Source: Vicinamibacteria bacterium (GTDB lineage: Bacteria; Acidobacteriota; Vicinamibacteria; Marinacidobacterales; Marinacidobacteraceae). Taken from it: a stretch of DNA of 64,000 nt. A program made the position numbers and the translations under genes. The DNA lies in NCBI GenBank assembly GCA_963555995.3, contig OY821641.1, positions 992,001 to 1,056,000 of the forward strand, read 5' to 3'. The first letter of the stretch is position 1. Every line of letters starts with the position of its first letter. Of this stretch, positions 10,078 to 18,955 are shown piece by piece. The notes beneath the pieces are model-generated. The model was not told the origin of the DNA. It saw nothing but the letters and a program-made list of their open reading frames with translations, and did no database searches.

Positions 10078-10113
10078 TTGACGGACTCCTATTATTTCGA
10101 TAATATTGGAAAT
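10078..10113 (+). promoter_or_regulatory. sigma70 promoter and ArsR operator of arsR copy 1
   Basis: TTGACG-N17-TAATAT-N7-ATG; imperfect palindrome ATTTCGATAATATTGGAAAT overlapping the -10 box. Confidence 0.75.
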
Positions 10114-10509
10114 ATGGAAACGATAGCGATGTACCCCATCGTCAGCGCGCCGGGACCGCCGTGCGCACTGACCCGGGAGAGCCGCTTTGACATCTTCCGC
10201 CGCCTGGTCCGCAGCCGCCCGGACGGACTCGCGGCGGGGAATACCGCCCGGCACTGCAAGTTGTCGGCGCCGACCTGCTCGCTCCACCTCAAGGAGCTCG
10301 ACGGGGGTGGGCTGCTGAACTGCTGCCGCCACGACAGGTCTCAGATCTATCCGGTGAACTTCCGGGCGGTCCGGGCCCTGCTCGGTGATCTGACGGAGCA
10401 CTGCTGCTCCGAAGACGCGTGCGACGACGAGGGGCCGCAGGTTCCGCCCGGACAGGTGCGCGGTGTGCGTCCGGAGGCGTCCCGACCGGCCCCGGCGAAC
10501 CGGGGTTGA
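10114..10509 (+). CDS. arsR: ArsR/SmtB family regulator, copy 1 (diverged, possibly decaying)
   Basis: ALTRESRFDIFRRLV..PDGLAAG..CSLHLKEL..LTEHCCSEDAC. Confidence 0.7.
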   Translation: METIAMYPIVSAPGPPCALTRESRFDIFRRLVRSRPDGLAAGNTARHCKLSAPTCSLHLKELDGGGLLNCCRHDRSQIYPVNFRAVRALLGDLTEHCCSEDACDDEGPQVPPGQVRGVRPEASRPAPANRG

Positions 10510-10541
10510 CTTCCGGTATTCATTTCAATACTATTGGAAAT
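10506..10541 (+). promoter_or_regulatory. sigma70 promoter and ArsR operator of arsR copy 2
   Basis: TTGACT-N17-TACTAT-N7-ATG; palindrome ATTTCAATACTATTGGAAAT. Confidence 0.75.
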
Positions 10542-10898
10542 ATGGAAACGACGGCAGCCTATTCCACGGGCGAGGCGCTGGAGATGCTCGGCGCCCTCTC
10601 CCAGGAGAGCCGCCTCGACATCTTCCGCCTGCTGGTCCAGAGCGGGCCGGACGGACTCGCCGCCGGCGCCATCGCCAGGCACTGTCAACTGCCGGCGCCG
10701 ACCTGCTCGTTCCATCTGAAGGAACTCAAGAAGGGCGGGCTCCTCAAATGCTGCCGCCGCGGCCGATCCCAGATCTACAGCGTGAACCTGCGGGGGATCC
10801 GGGATCTGCTCGACTATCTGACGGAGCATTGCTGCACCGAGGACTGCGACCACGAGGCGCCGAACCGCGCCGACGGCCGGCAGCCGGAGGCGGCGTGA
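10542..10898 (+). CDS. arsR: ArsR family regulator, copy 2 (C-terminal CC-type As(III) site)
   Basis: ALSQESRLDIFRLLVQSGPDGLAAGAIA..SFHLKEL..GRSQIYS..YLTEHCCTEDC. Confidence 0.85.
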   Translation: METTAAYSTGEALEMLGALSQESRLDIFRLLVQSGPDGLAAGAIARHCQLPAPTCSFHLKELKKGGLLKCCRRGRSQIYSVNLRGIRDLLDYLTEHCCTEDCDHEAPNRADGRQPEAA

Positions 10899-11064
10899 AC
10901 ACTTTGCGACGGGCTCTGCTTGGGGTGGACAAATAACGAAGGTCCGGGGGCGGGTTGGCCGCTCCCGGTGGTGAGGCAGGGAGTTCCCATCACGAGAACG
11001 AAGCCGGAGTCCATGGAGGTGCGCCCCGGCTCGCGCGGCCGCGCCGCTTAGAATCAAGGCCGTT

Positions 11065-12189
11065 CTGTTCCTCCGGCGAGCCTCGGCATCCCTGCTGCTC
11101 CTCGCTCTGGGGACCGGCCCGCTTCGTGGACACGCCGGGGAGGCCAGGCAGCGGCAAGCCGTCCCTCCTGGCGCCGATCCCGGCCTCGTGGCGGTTTCCG
11201 GCATCGAGGTGGGCCACCATGAACTGGACGGCCTCCCCACCGGCTGCACGGTCGTCCTGGCGCGGGAGGGGGCGGTTGCCGGGGTGGACGTCCGGGGTTC
11301 CGCTCCCGGGACCCGCGAGACCGATCTGCTCGATCCCGAGAACACCGTGGAGCGCGTGCAAGCGGTGGTGCTGTCGGGGGGCAGCGCCTTCGGGCTCGCC
11401 GCCGCCGACGGCGCGGTGCGCTTTCTGGAGGAGGCCGGGATCGGCTATCCGGTGGGCCCCTTCCGGGTGCCGATCGTCCCGGCGGCGATCCTCTTCGATC
11501 TCGGAGTCCAGGGGCCGGGGGCCGTCCGTCCGGGCGCCGACTGCGGCTACCGGGCCGCGGCCGCCGCAGGTCCGGACCCGGTGCGGCGCGGTAACGCGGG
11601 GGCCGGGGCGGGGGCCACCGTCGGCAAGAGCCGCGGTCCGGCCCGGGCGATGAAGGGCGGGATCGGCTCGGCCGCGCTGCGTTTTCCGGACGGCCTGGTG
11701 GTGGCGGCGCTCATCGCGGTGAACGCGGTGGGCGACGTGGTGGACCCCGCGGACGGAAGCGTGGTGGCCGGGGTTCGCGACGACGAGGGGAACCTCGCGG
11801 ACGCGCGCCGGCTGCTGCTCGAACCGCGCTCCGGCCCGCCCGCCGGTCCCGCGGCGGCGGGCGCGGGGCCTTCCTTCGGAGCCAACACCACCATCGGCGT
11901 GGTGGCGGTGAACGCCCCGCTCACCAAGGCGGAGGCGAATAAGGTGGCCGAGATGGCGCACGACGGCCTGGCGCGCACCATCTATCCCGTGCATACCCCC
12001 TCGGACGGGGACGCGCTGTTCGCGCTCTCCACGGGGCGCGGACCGGCGGCGCGGGTCGGCCGGGTCGGGGCGCTGGCCGCCGAGGCGGTGGCGCGGGCGG
12101 TCCTCGATGCGGTCCGCTCGGCGGAGTCGCTTCCCGGATACCCTGCGGTCGGGGACCTTCCGGCGCCGCCGGAGCCCCGGGACCGCTGA
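11065..12189 (+). CDS. P1/S58 (DmpA-like) peptidase; start uncertain (CTG 11065 or GTG 11188)
   Basis: TGCTVV, GVDVRGSAPGTRETDLL, GGSAFGL, NTTIGVVA, HTPSDGD; an in-frame signal-peptide-like stretch lies upstream of 11188. Confidence 0.85.
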   Translation: MFLRRASASLLLLALGTGPLRGHAGEARQRQAVPPGADPGLVAVSGIEVGHHELDGLPTGCTVVLAREGAVAGVDVRGSAPGTRETDLLDPENTVERVQAVVLSGGSAFGLAAADGAVRFLEEAGIGYPVGPFRVPIVPAAILFDLGVQGPGAVRPGADCGYRAAAAAGPDPVRRGNAGAGAGATVGKSRGPARAMKGGIGSAALRFPDGLVVAALIAVNAVGDVVDPADGSVVAGVRDDEGNLADARRLLLEPRSGPPAGPAAAGAGPSFGANTTIGVVAVNAPLTKAEANKVAEMAHDGLARTIYPVHTPSDGDALFALSTGRGPAARVGRVGALAAEAVARAVLDAVRSAESLPGYPAVGDLPAPPEPRDR

Positions 12190-12200
12190 GTCGGGCGGCC

Positions 12201-13562
12201 GTGTCCCCGCATCTCGTCGTCCTCGCGGCGTACTCGGGCCTGCTGATCGCCGTCGGCTGGTACGTCTCCCGCAAGGCGCGCTCCGCCGAGGGGTTCTTCG
12301 TGGCGGGCCGCCGTCTGCCCGCGCGGCTGATCTTCGCTACGGTGCTGGCCGCGAACATCGGGGCCGGTTCCACGATCGGCGCGGCGGCGCTCGGCTACGA
12401 GCACGGGCTGGCCGCCTTCTGGTGGGTCGGGGCGGCGGGTCTCGGAACCCTGCTGCTCGCCGGCTGGCTGGGACCGCGGATGTGGCGGGTGGCGTCCGAA
12501 GCCCGCCTGCGGACGGTGGGCGATTTCCTCGAGCTGCGCTACGGCGCGGGGGTGCGGGTCGCCCTCACCGGCCTGCTGCTGGTGGCCACCCTCTTCGTCC
12601 TCGCCGCCCAGTTGCTCGCCGCGGGAGTGCTCATCGAGGGCGCGGCGGGGATTCCGCTGCCGCTCGCGATCCTCGCCGCGGCGGCGGTGATGACGGCCTA
12701 CTTCGCGGTCGGCGGTCTCCAGAGCGCGGCTTCGGTCAACTTCGTGCAACTCGGCGTGCTGCTCGCCGGCCTCGGCCTCGCGGTGCCCTACGCGCTGGCC
12801 GCCGCCGGAGGAGGCGGGGGAATCCGGGGGAGTCTCGGGGAGGGCGCGCTGGATGTCTTCGGCAGCGCCTCGCTCGCGTTCGGCTACACCGCGCTGCTGG
12901 TCCCGGCCTTCCTCGTCTCGCCCGGGATCCTGCAGAAGCTGTTCGGGGCCCGCGACGAGAGCGCCGTCCGGCGCGGCCTCACCGCCGCCGGCATCGTGCT
13001 GCTCGCCTTCGCGGCGGCGCCGCCGCTACTCGGGGCGGCGGCCGCGGTGCTCCATCCGGGACTCGCCCACCCCGACGCCGCCCTCCCCGCGCTGCTGATC
13101 GAATCGCTGCCCCTGTGGCTTGGGTGCTTCGCGGTCGCGGCGCTGTTCTCGGCCGAGGTGTCGAGCGCCGACGCGGTGCTGTTCATGCTCTCCACGTCGC
13201 TGTCACGGGATGTCTTCCATCGTTTCCTGCGGCCGGACGCGGATGACCGCACCGTCCTGCGGGTGGCGCGCGGCGCCGCGGTGGCTTCCGGGCTGGCGGG
13301 CGTGGTCATCGCGATCCTCGCCCAGGGCGTGATCGCTTCGCTGACCGTCTTCTATTCCGTGCTCGGGGTTTCGCTCTTCGTGCCGGTGGTCGTCGGCCTC
13401 CATCGCTGGCGGCCTCCGGCGCGCGCCATCCTGAGCGGCGCCGCCGTCGGGGTGCTGTTCTTCCTGCTCGCGCCCCCGGACGGTCTCCTGCCGCCGCCGC
13501 TGGTGGGTATCGCGGCGTCGGCCGTGGTGGTGTCCCTCCACCTGCGGACCGCCGGACGCTGA
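12201..13562 (+). CDS. sodium:solute symporter (SSS) family transporter
   Basis: FFVAGRRL, AANIGAGSTIG, SAEVSSAD; many TM helices. Confidence 0.85.
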   Translation: MSPHLVVLAAYSGLLIAVGWYVSRKARSAEGFFVAGRRLPARLIFATVLAANIGAGSTIGAAALGYEHGLAAFWWVGAAGLGTLLLAGWLGPRMWRVASEARLRTVGDFLELRYGAGVRVALTGLLLVATLFVLAAQLLAAGVLIEGAAGIPLPLAILAAAAVMTAYFAVGGLQSAASVNFVQLGVLLAGLGLAVPYALAAAGGGGGIRGSLGEGALDVFGSASLAFGYTALLVPAFLVSPGILQKLFGARDESAVRRGLTAAGIVLLAFAAAPPLLGAAAAVLHPGLAHPDAALPALLIESLPLWLGCFAVAALFSAEVSSADAVLFMLSTSLSRDVFHRFLRPDADDRTVLRVARGAAVASGLAGVVIAILAQGVIASLTVFYSVLGVSLFVPVVVGLHRWRPPARAILSGAAVGVLFFLLAPPDGLLPPPLVGIAASAVVVSLHLRTAGR

Positions 13563-13577
13563 CCGGAGCCGCGGCCC

Positions 13578-14723
13578 TTGGTCTCCGGGAGTCCGGGCCG
13601 GGAACGGAATACCGCCGACGTGGTGGTCGTCGGGGCCGGGCTCGCCGGCTTGCAGTGCGCCCGGCTGGTCGCCGAGGCGGGGCTCGACGTGGTGCTCCTC
13701 GACCGGAAGGAGGATGTCGGGGAACGGGTGCACACCACCGGGATCTTCGTCCGCAAGTCGTTCGAGGACTTCCCGCTGCCGCCGTCCTGCCTGGGTCCGC
13801 CGGTCCGCCGGGCGGTGCTCTATTCGCCGGCGCGGCGCGCCCTGGCGCTGTCGAGCCGCCACGACGAGTTCCGGGTGGGCCGGATGGCGGCGCTCTACCG
13901 CGAGCTGCTCGGCCGCTGTCTCGAGTCGGGGGTCCGCTTCGTCTCCGGCGCCCGCTATCGGGGCGCCCGTCGGGTGGGGAGGGGGATCGTCGCCGAGGTG
14001 GAACGCCGGGGACGGTCCCTGAGCTGGGAGACCCGCCTTCTGGTGGGCGCCGACGGTGCGAATTCCCAGGTGGCCCGCGACCTCGGACTCGATTCCAACT
14101 CCGAGTGGCTGGTGGGGCTGGAGTCGGTCCACGGCGGGGTGCCGCTCGCGGAGGGGGCGGCGCTGCACTGCTTTCTGGACCCCCGCATCGCGCCCGGGTA
14201 TCTCGCCTGGGTGGTCCAGGACGGCGAGGAGACCCACGTGGGGGTGGGCGGCTATCCGGACCGGTTCGATCCCCAGGCCGCGCTCCGGGAGTTCACCGCC
14301 AGTCTCGACGGGCGCTTCGCGCTCGACGAGGGACGGCTGCTCGAACAGCGCGGCGGTCGGATCCCGGTGAACGGCGTGCTGCGCCGCATCGGCACGGACG
14401 CGGGGCTGCTGGTCGGGGACGCCGCGGGCGCGGTCTCGCCACTGACCGCCGGCGGTTTCGACGCCTGCCTGCGGCTCTCCCGGCAGGCGGCGGAGGTCAT
14501 CGGGCGCCGCTTCCAGACCGGCGACCCCGCCGTCCTCGCCTCCTATTCGGGAAAGAAGCGCCGAGCCCGGTTCCTCTCCCGCCGCTGGATGCGCGCGCTG
14601 CTGTCGGGGATCCGGAGTCCGGTGGCGATGGAGGCGGCCTGCCTGCTCCTCCGCCACCCGCCCTTGCGGAATCTGGCGTGGCAGGTCTTCTTCCGCCGCC
14701 GCTCCTTCCCGGACATGGACTGA
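13578..14723 (+). CDS. FAD-dependent oxidoreductase, geranylgeranyl reductase-like
   Basis: VVVGAGLAG, LVGADGANS, LVGDAAGAVSPLTAGG. Confidence 0.75.
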   Translation: MVSGSPGRERNTADVVVVGAGLAGLQCARLVAEAGLDVVLLDRKEDVGERVHTTGIFVRKSFEDFPLPPSCLGPPVRRAVLYSPARRALALSSRHDEFRVGRMAALYRELLGRCLESGVRFVSGARYRGARRVGRGIVAEVERRGRSLSWETRLLVGADGANSQVARDLGLDSNSEWLVGLESVHGGVPLAEGAALHCFLDPRIAPGYLAWVVQDGEETHVGVGGYPDRFDPQAALREFTASLDGRFALDEGRLLEQRGGRIPVNGVLRRIGTDAGLLVGDAAGAVSPLTAGGFDACLRLSRQAAEVIGRRFQTGDPAVLASYSGKKRRARFLSRRWMRALLSGIRSPVAMEAACLLLRHPPLRNLAWQVFFRRRSFPDMD

Positions 14724-14741
14724 TACATGACGCGCCGTCTG

Positions 14742-14786
14742 GGAACGCCGGTCTCCAGACCGGCACGCGCGGCGCTCCGCACCGCG
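14742..14786 (+). repeat. REP-like palindrome plus companion hairpin
   Basis: GGAACGCCGGTCTCCAGACCGGCAC followed by GCGCGGCGCTCCGCACCGCGC. Confidence 0.8.
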
Positions 14787-14863
14787 CCCGACGTAACCTC
14801 CATCCCCAACTGGCGCGCCAGCGGTCCCCACGCTCGACCGCCCCGGGCCATAATCCGCGCGCC

Positions 14864-15655
14864 GTGATCGCCTCCACCTCCCCCTTCTCGCTCGCCGGGA
14901 TGGATGTCGTGGTGATCGGCGGCGGGTCCGGGATCGGCGAAGCGAGCGCCCGGCTGGCCGCCCGCTCCGGCGCCCGGGTGGTGGTCGCCGACCGGGACGA
15001 AGCCGCCGCCGACCGGGTCGTCGCCGCCATCGCCGGGGGAGGTGGAACCGCCGTCGCCCGTTCGGTGGACATCCGCTCCGGGGAATCGGTCGAGGATCTG
15101 TTCCGACGGCTCGAATCGGAGGGATTCCGTCCCCGGGGACTCGTCTCCACTCCGGGCGTGAACGTCCGGAAGCGCCTCGCCGATACGAACGAGGAAGAGT
15201 TCGAGCGGGTCGTCTCCCTGAACCTGAAAGGGACCTTCCACGCCCTCCGCCACGGGGCGGCCAGCCTCGCGCGCTCCGGCGGCGGCGGGATCGTGCTGCT
15301 CTCCTCGATCCGCTCCCAGGTGGTGGAAGCGGGGCAGGGGGTCTACGCGGCCACCAAGGCGGGCATCGTGCAGCTCGCCCGCACCGCGGCGGCGGAATGG
15401 GCCGCTTCGGGGGTCCGGGTGAACGCCCTCGCCCCGGGCGTCGTCGAGACCCCGCTGACCGCCCAGATCGAGAAGCGGCCCGACTGGAAACAGGCGTACA
15501 CCGACAAGACCCTGCTCGGGCGCTGGGCGACCGCGGAAGAGATGGCCGCGCCGACGGTGTTCCTCCTGTCCCCGGCGGCGAGCTACGTCACCGGCTCGGT
15601 GCTCTTTGCCGACGGCGGCTGGACGGCGGTGGACGGCCGGTTCGATCCGCTCTGA
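14864..15655 (+). CDS. SDR family oxidoreductase
   Basis: GGGSGIG, YAATK, VNALAPG, DGGWT; GTG 14864 preceded by CATAAT. Confidence 0.9.
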   Translation: MIASTSPFSLAGMDVVVIGGGSGIGEASARLAARSGARVVVADRDEAAADRVVAAIAGGGGTAVARSVDIRSGESVEDLFRRLESEGFRPRGLVSTPGVNVRKRLADTNEEEFERVVSLNLKGTFHALRHGAASLARSGGGGIVLLSSIRSQVVEAGQGVYAATKAGIVQLARTAAAEWAASGVRVNALAPGVVETPLTAQIEKRPDWKQAYTDKTLLGRWATAEEMAAPTVFLLSPAASYVTGSVLFADGGWTAVDGRFDPL

Positions 15656-15765
15656 GCGGCGGGCAGGTGTCTGTTCCAGAGCCTGGCGGCCCGAGCCTGG
15701 GGCGAACGCGGGATCGGCGGGTCCAGGTCGCCGGCGCCATCCGGGAGGGGGTGGGGTTGCGCCGT

Positions 15766-16025
15766 GCGCGGCGCGGAGCGCCGCGGTGCCGGTCTGGAGA
15801 CCGGCGTTCCAAGGCGTACGGGCCACCTCCGGTGTTGGCTCCGCGCCGAGATCGGAGCGGCGGTTTCCGGGTTGGGTTGGGTCGCGCTCCGCATGGCGCG
15901 ACCGCAACCGCCCTCACGGCAACCGTCGCGCCCAGCGCGGCGGGACCGCGTCTCGTTGAGCACCGGATCGCGTACCGGCTTGGAACGCCGGTCTCCAGAC
16001 CGGCACCGCCGCGCTCCGCGCGGCG
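15766..16025. repeat. pair of oppositely oriented REP-like palindromes
   Basis: GTGCCGGTCTGGAGACCGGCGTTCC at 15786-15810 and GGAACGCCGGTCTCCAGACCGGCAC at 15982-16006, each with a companion hairpin. Confidence 0.85.
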
Positions 16026-16053
16026 ACCCGTGTGCGGCCCCTCGGCAGTTCCC

Positions 16054-16227
16054 TCACGGAGAGCCGTCGCCCGCACCGCTCCCGGTGACCACCTCCCGCA
16101 TCAGGTCCGGTACCCCGATCGCCTCGACATCGTTCTTCATCCCGAATCGGTCGCTGCCCGGGTAGGCGACGAACCTCCGCGACGGACGGATGTCCGCGGA
16201 GGCGTCCGAAAAGCCCCGCTCGAGTTC
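16054..16227 (-). pseudogene. C-terminal remnant of an AAA_14/DUF4143 ATPase
   Basis: ELERGFSDASADIRPSRRFVAYPGSDRFGMKNDVEAIGVPDLMREV* resembles the DUF4143 ATPase C-terminus; in-frame TGA at 16237-16239 upstream and no start codon ahead of the homologous stretch. Confidence 0.55.
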
Positions 16228-16320
16228 GCATCGGCATCAAGGAGCCGGTCTCGAGTCCTGGCGCCCCGGAGCTGATCACTCCCCTGCTGCGTTGCGGGGG
16301 ATTCCCTACACTTCCGGGCC

Positions 16321-18930
16321 ATGTGGCGGTTTCGTTGGCCCCGCAGCCTGGGAGCTGCCTTCCTGTTGATTGCCCTCGCTGGTGCGGCGTTCGCCCAGCC
16401 GACCGGCCCGGGGCAGGGGCGGGCGGCCGAGGCCTGGCACTGGATCCAGAAGCTCCAGACGACCGGATCGGTGCTGCACGTCACCGCGCACCCGGATGAC
16501 GAGAACGGAGCGCTGCTGGCGCTGCTGAGCCGCGGACACGGCGTCCGGACCGCGCTCCTCAGCCTCACCCGGGGCGAGGCGGGCGCCAACGCCATCGGGC
16601 CGGAACTCTTTGACGGCTTGGGTCTCATCCGGGCCGCCGAGCTGGAAGTCGCCGGGAACTGGTACGGACTCGACCAGATCTACTACTCCGCGCTCGCCGA
16701 CTACGGCTACTCGAAGAACCTGGAGGAGGCGCTCCGCTCCTGGGACGAGGAGGCCGCGGCGGCCGACGTCGTGGAGGTCATCCGCCGGGAGCGGCCGATG
16801 GTCGTCCTCGCCCGGTTCACCGGGGACCCGCGGGACGGGCACGGCCAGCACCAGTTCGCCGGTCGGATCGCGGCGCGCGGCTTCGACGGCGCCCCGGACA
16901 TGGAGGCGTTTCCCGCCCGCGAGGGGCGGCGGCCGCACCTGCCGTTTGCTTTCTTCCAGCGGGCGCGCGACGAGGAGGGGGCCTTCGAGATCGCTGTCGC
17001 GGGCTCCCGGCCGTGGCTCTCCCGTTCCTTCGCCGAGCTGAACGCGATCGGGCTCTCCTACCAGCGCTCGCAGACCCGCGGGGTGGTCCGGCCCGTCACC
17101 GGACGCGGCCCGGCGCGGTTGGTGCGCGCCGACGGCGATCCGGGCGCCGAGAACGACCTCCTGGCGATGCTCGGCCCGGAACGGGCCTCGCTCTCCGCCC
17201 GCTTCGGTCCCGTCGTGCCGGCCCGGCTCCTGGCGGTGCTGGAGCGCCTGGATGTGCACTTCGGGGCGGTTGCCGCCGATTTCGACTGGGCCGCCCCCGA
17301 AGCGAGCCTGTCGCGGCTCGGCTCGGCGCTCGCCGAAGCCCGGGAACTGCTCTCCGAGCGGTCGCCGTCCGGGTTCTTCGACGTCCGGCACGAGCTGGAG
17401 CGGAAGGAAGAACAGCTCGTCGCGGCGATCCGGGCCGCCGCGGGGGTCTCCTTCGAGGCCCTGGCCAGCGAACCGGCCGCGGAGAGCGGTGGATTGCCCT
17501 TCGCGCCGCCCCCGGCGTTCGGCCCGGCCGTGCCCGGCCAGCGGTTCGAGGTCCGGGTGAGCGCCGCCGCGCTCGCGCCGGCGCGGGTCGCCGGGGTTTC
17601 GCTCGACGTTCCCGGCGAAGTCAGGCCCGTGGACACGGAGGAAGGGACCTACCGGTTCGTCGTGACCCTCGCCGCGGACGCCCCGGTGCTCCAGCCCCAC
17701 GTCGAACGATCCGGGCTCGGCGAGAGCCGCTACCGGGCGAACGGCGACTGGACGCTCGGCGCCCCGCCGCCGGCCCTGACGGCCACTCTCGACCTGGAGA
17801 TTCCCGCGGGCGCCGGAGGCGAGACGGTCACCGTCGCGCTGACCGCCCCGGTGGAGCGCTTCGAACCGAATCTCCCCTACGGCTACGAGCGGCGCGAACT
17901 GGAGATCCTGCCACCGGTCTCGGTCGCCTTCGATCCGGGTTTCGCGGCTTTTCCTTCCGGAGCGGACACCGCCGCCTTCGAAGCCGGTCTGACGGTCACC
18001 GGGAACCAGGCCGGCGAATTCCGGGTGGGCCTGGAGCTGCCGGATGGCTTCCGGGCGGAACCCGCCGGGAGCACCGTCGCCTTCGACCGGGCCGGCGAGG
18101 AGTCGAGCGTCCGCTTCACGGTCCACGCGGACGGGGTGGCGGCGGGCGCCTACGAGATCACGGCGAACGTGGTCGGAGGCTCGGGTGAGCCGGCGGCTGC
18201 AACCTCATACCGGCGCATCGCGCACCGGGACCTGCCGCTGCGCTACCTGGTGCGCCCCGCCTCGCTCCGGGTTGCCGGCGTCGAACTGGCGATGCCGGAG
18301 GGACTCCAGGTCGGCTACGTGGTGGGCGCCGGTGACGAGGTCCCCGCCGGAATCGAGGCGCTCGGGGCCGAGGTGACGCTGCTGGACGAGACGGCCCTCC
18401 TGAACGCGGACCTCGGCGGGTACGACGCGGTGGTGACCGGGACCCGGGCCTACGCGGTGCGGTCGGACCTCCTCCGCGCCAACCGCCGGCTGCTCGACTA
18501 CGCGCGGGGCGGCGGTCACCTGGTCGTGCTCTACAACACGGACGAACTGGTCCCGGACCGGCACGCGCCCTATCCGGGCGTCCTGCCCCGGCGGTCCGAG
18601 GAGGTTTCCGAAGAGGACAGCCCGCTGACCATTCTGGCGCCGGATCATTCCCTGATGACCTGGCCGCACCGGATCGGCCCCGCCGATTTCGAGGGCTGGG
18701 TCGAACAGCGCGGCTCCAAATTCTGGAGCGAGTGGGATCCGGCCTACACCGCACTTTTCGAGACTCGGGACACCGGCCAGGAGCCCCAGCGGGGCGGGGC
18801 GCTCACTACCGAGGTCGGGGAGGGGCGCTACACCTACTTCGCCTACGCCCTCCACCGCCAGCTTCCAGAGGGGGTCCCGGGCGCGTTCCGCCTGCTCGGC
18901 AACCTGATCGCGGCGTCCCGCCGGCCGTGA
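16321..18930 (+). CDS. secreted PIG-L/LmbE family deacetylase with C-terminal Ig-like and GATase-like domains
   Basis: Signal peptide; TAHPDDE, TRGEAGANAIG, HGQHQ, GWVEQRG, RQLPEGVPGAFRL. Confidence 0.85.
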   Translation: MWRFRWPRSLGAAFLLIALAGAAFAQPTGPGQGRAAEAWHWIQKLQTTGSVLHVTAHPDDENGALLALLSRGHGVRTALLSLTRGEAGANAIGPELFDGLGLIRAAELEVAGNWYGLDQIYYSALADYGYSKNLEEALRSWDEEAAAADVVEVIRRERPMVVLARFTGDPRDGHGQHQFAGRIAARGFDGAPDMEAFPAREGRRPHLPFAFFQRARDEEGAFEIAVAGSRPWLSRSFAELNAIGLSYQRSQTRGVVRPVTGRGPARLVRADGDPGAENDLLAMLGPERASLSARFGPVVPARLLAVLERLDVHFGAVAADFDWAAPEASLSRLGSALAEARELLSERSPSGFFDVRHELERKEEQLVAAIRAAAGVSFEALASEPAAESGGLPFAPPPAFGPAVPGQRFEVRVSAAALAPARVAGVSLDVPGEVRPVDTEEGTYRFVVTLAADAPVLQPHVERSGLGESRYRANGDWTLGAPPPALTATLDLEIPAGAGGETVTVALTAPVERFEPNLPYGYERRELEILPPVSVAFDPGFAAFPSGADTAAFEAGLTVTGNQAGEFRVGLELPDGFRAEPAGSTVAFDRAGEESSVRFTVHADGVAAGAYEITANVVGGSGEPAAATSYRRIAHRDLPLRYLVRPASLRVAGVELAMPEGLQVGYVVGAGDEVPAGIEALGAEVTLLDETALLNADLGGYDAVVTGTRAYAVRSDLLRANRRLLDYARGGGHLVVLYNTDELVPDRHAPYPGVLPRRSEEVSEEDSPLTILAPDHSLMTWPHRIGPADFEGWVEQRGSKFWSEWDPAYTALFETRDTGQEPQRGGALTTEVGEGRYTYFAYALHRQLPEGVPGAFRLLGNLIAASRRP

Positions 18931-18955
18931 TAGCCGGCATCCGTCTCACTCCCCG

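Noticed and set aside
13655-15655. 666-aa ORF suggesting a fused SDR
   Set aside because: The N-terminal ~400 aa is an off-frame overlap with the FAD oxidoreductase and a REP; the SDR starts at GTG 14864
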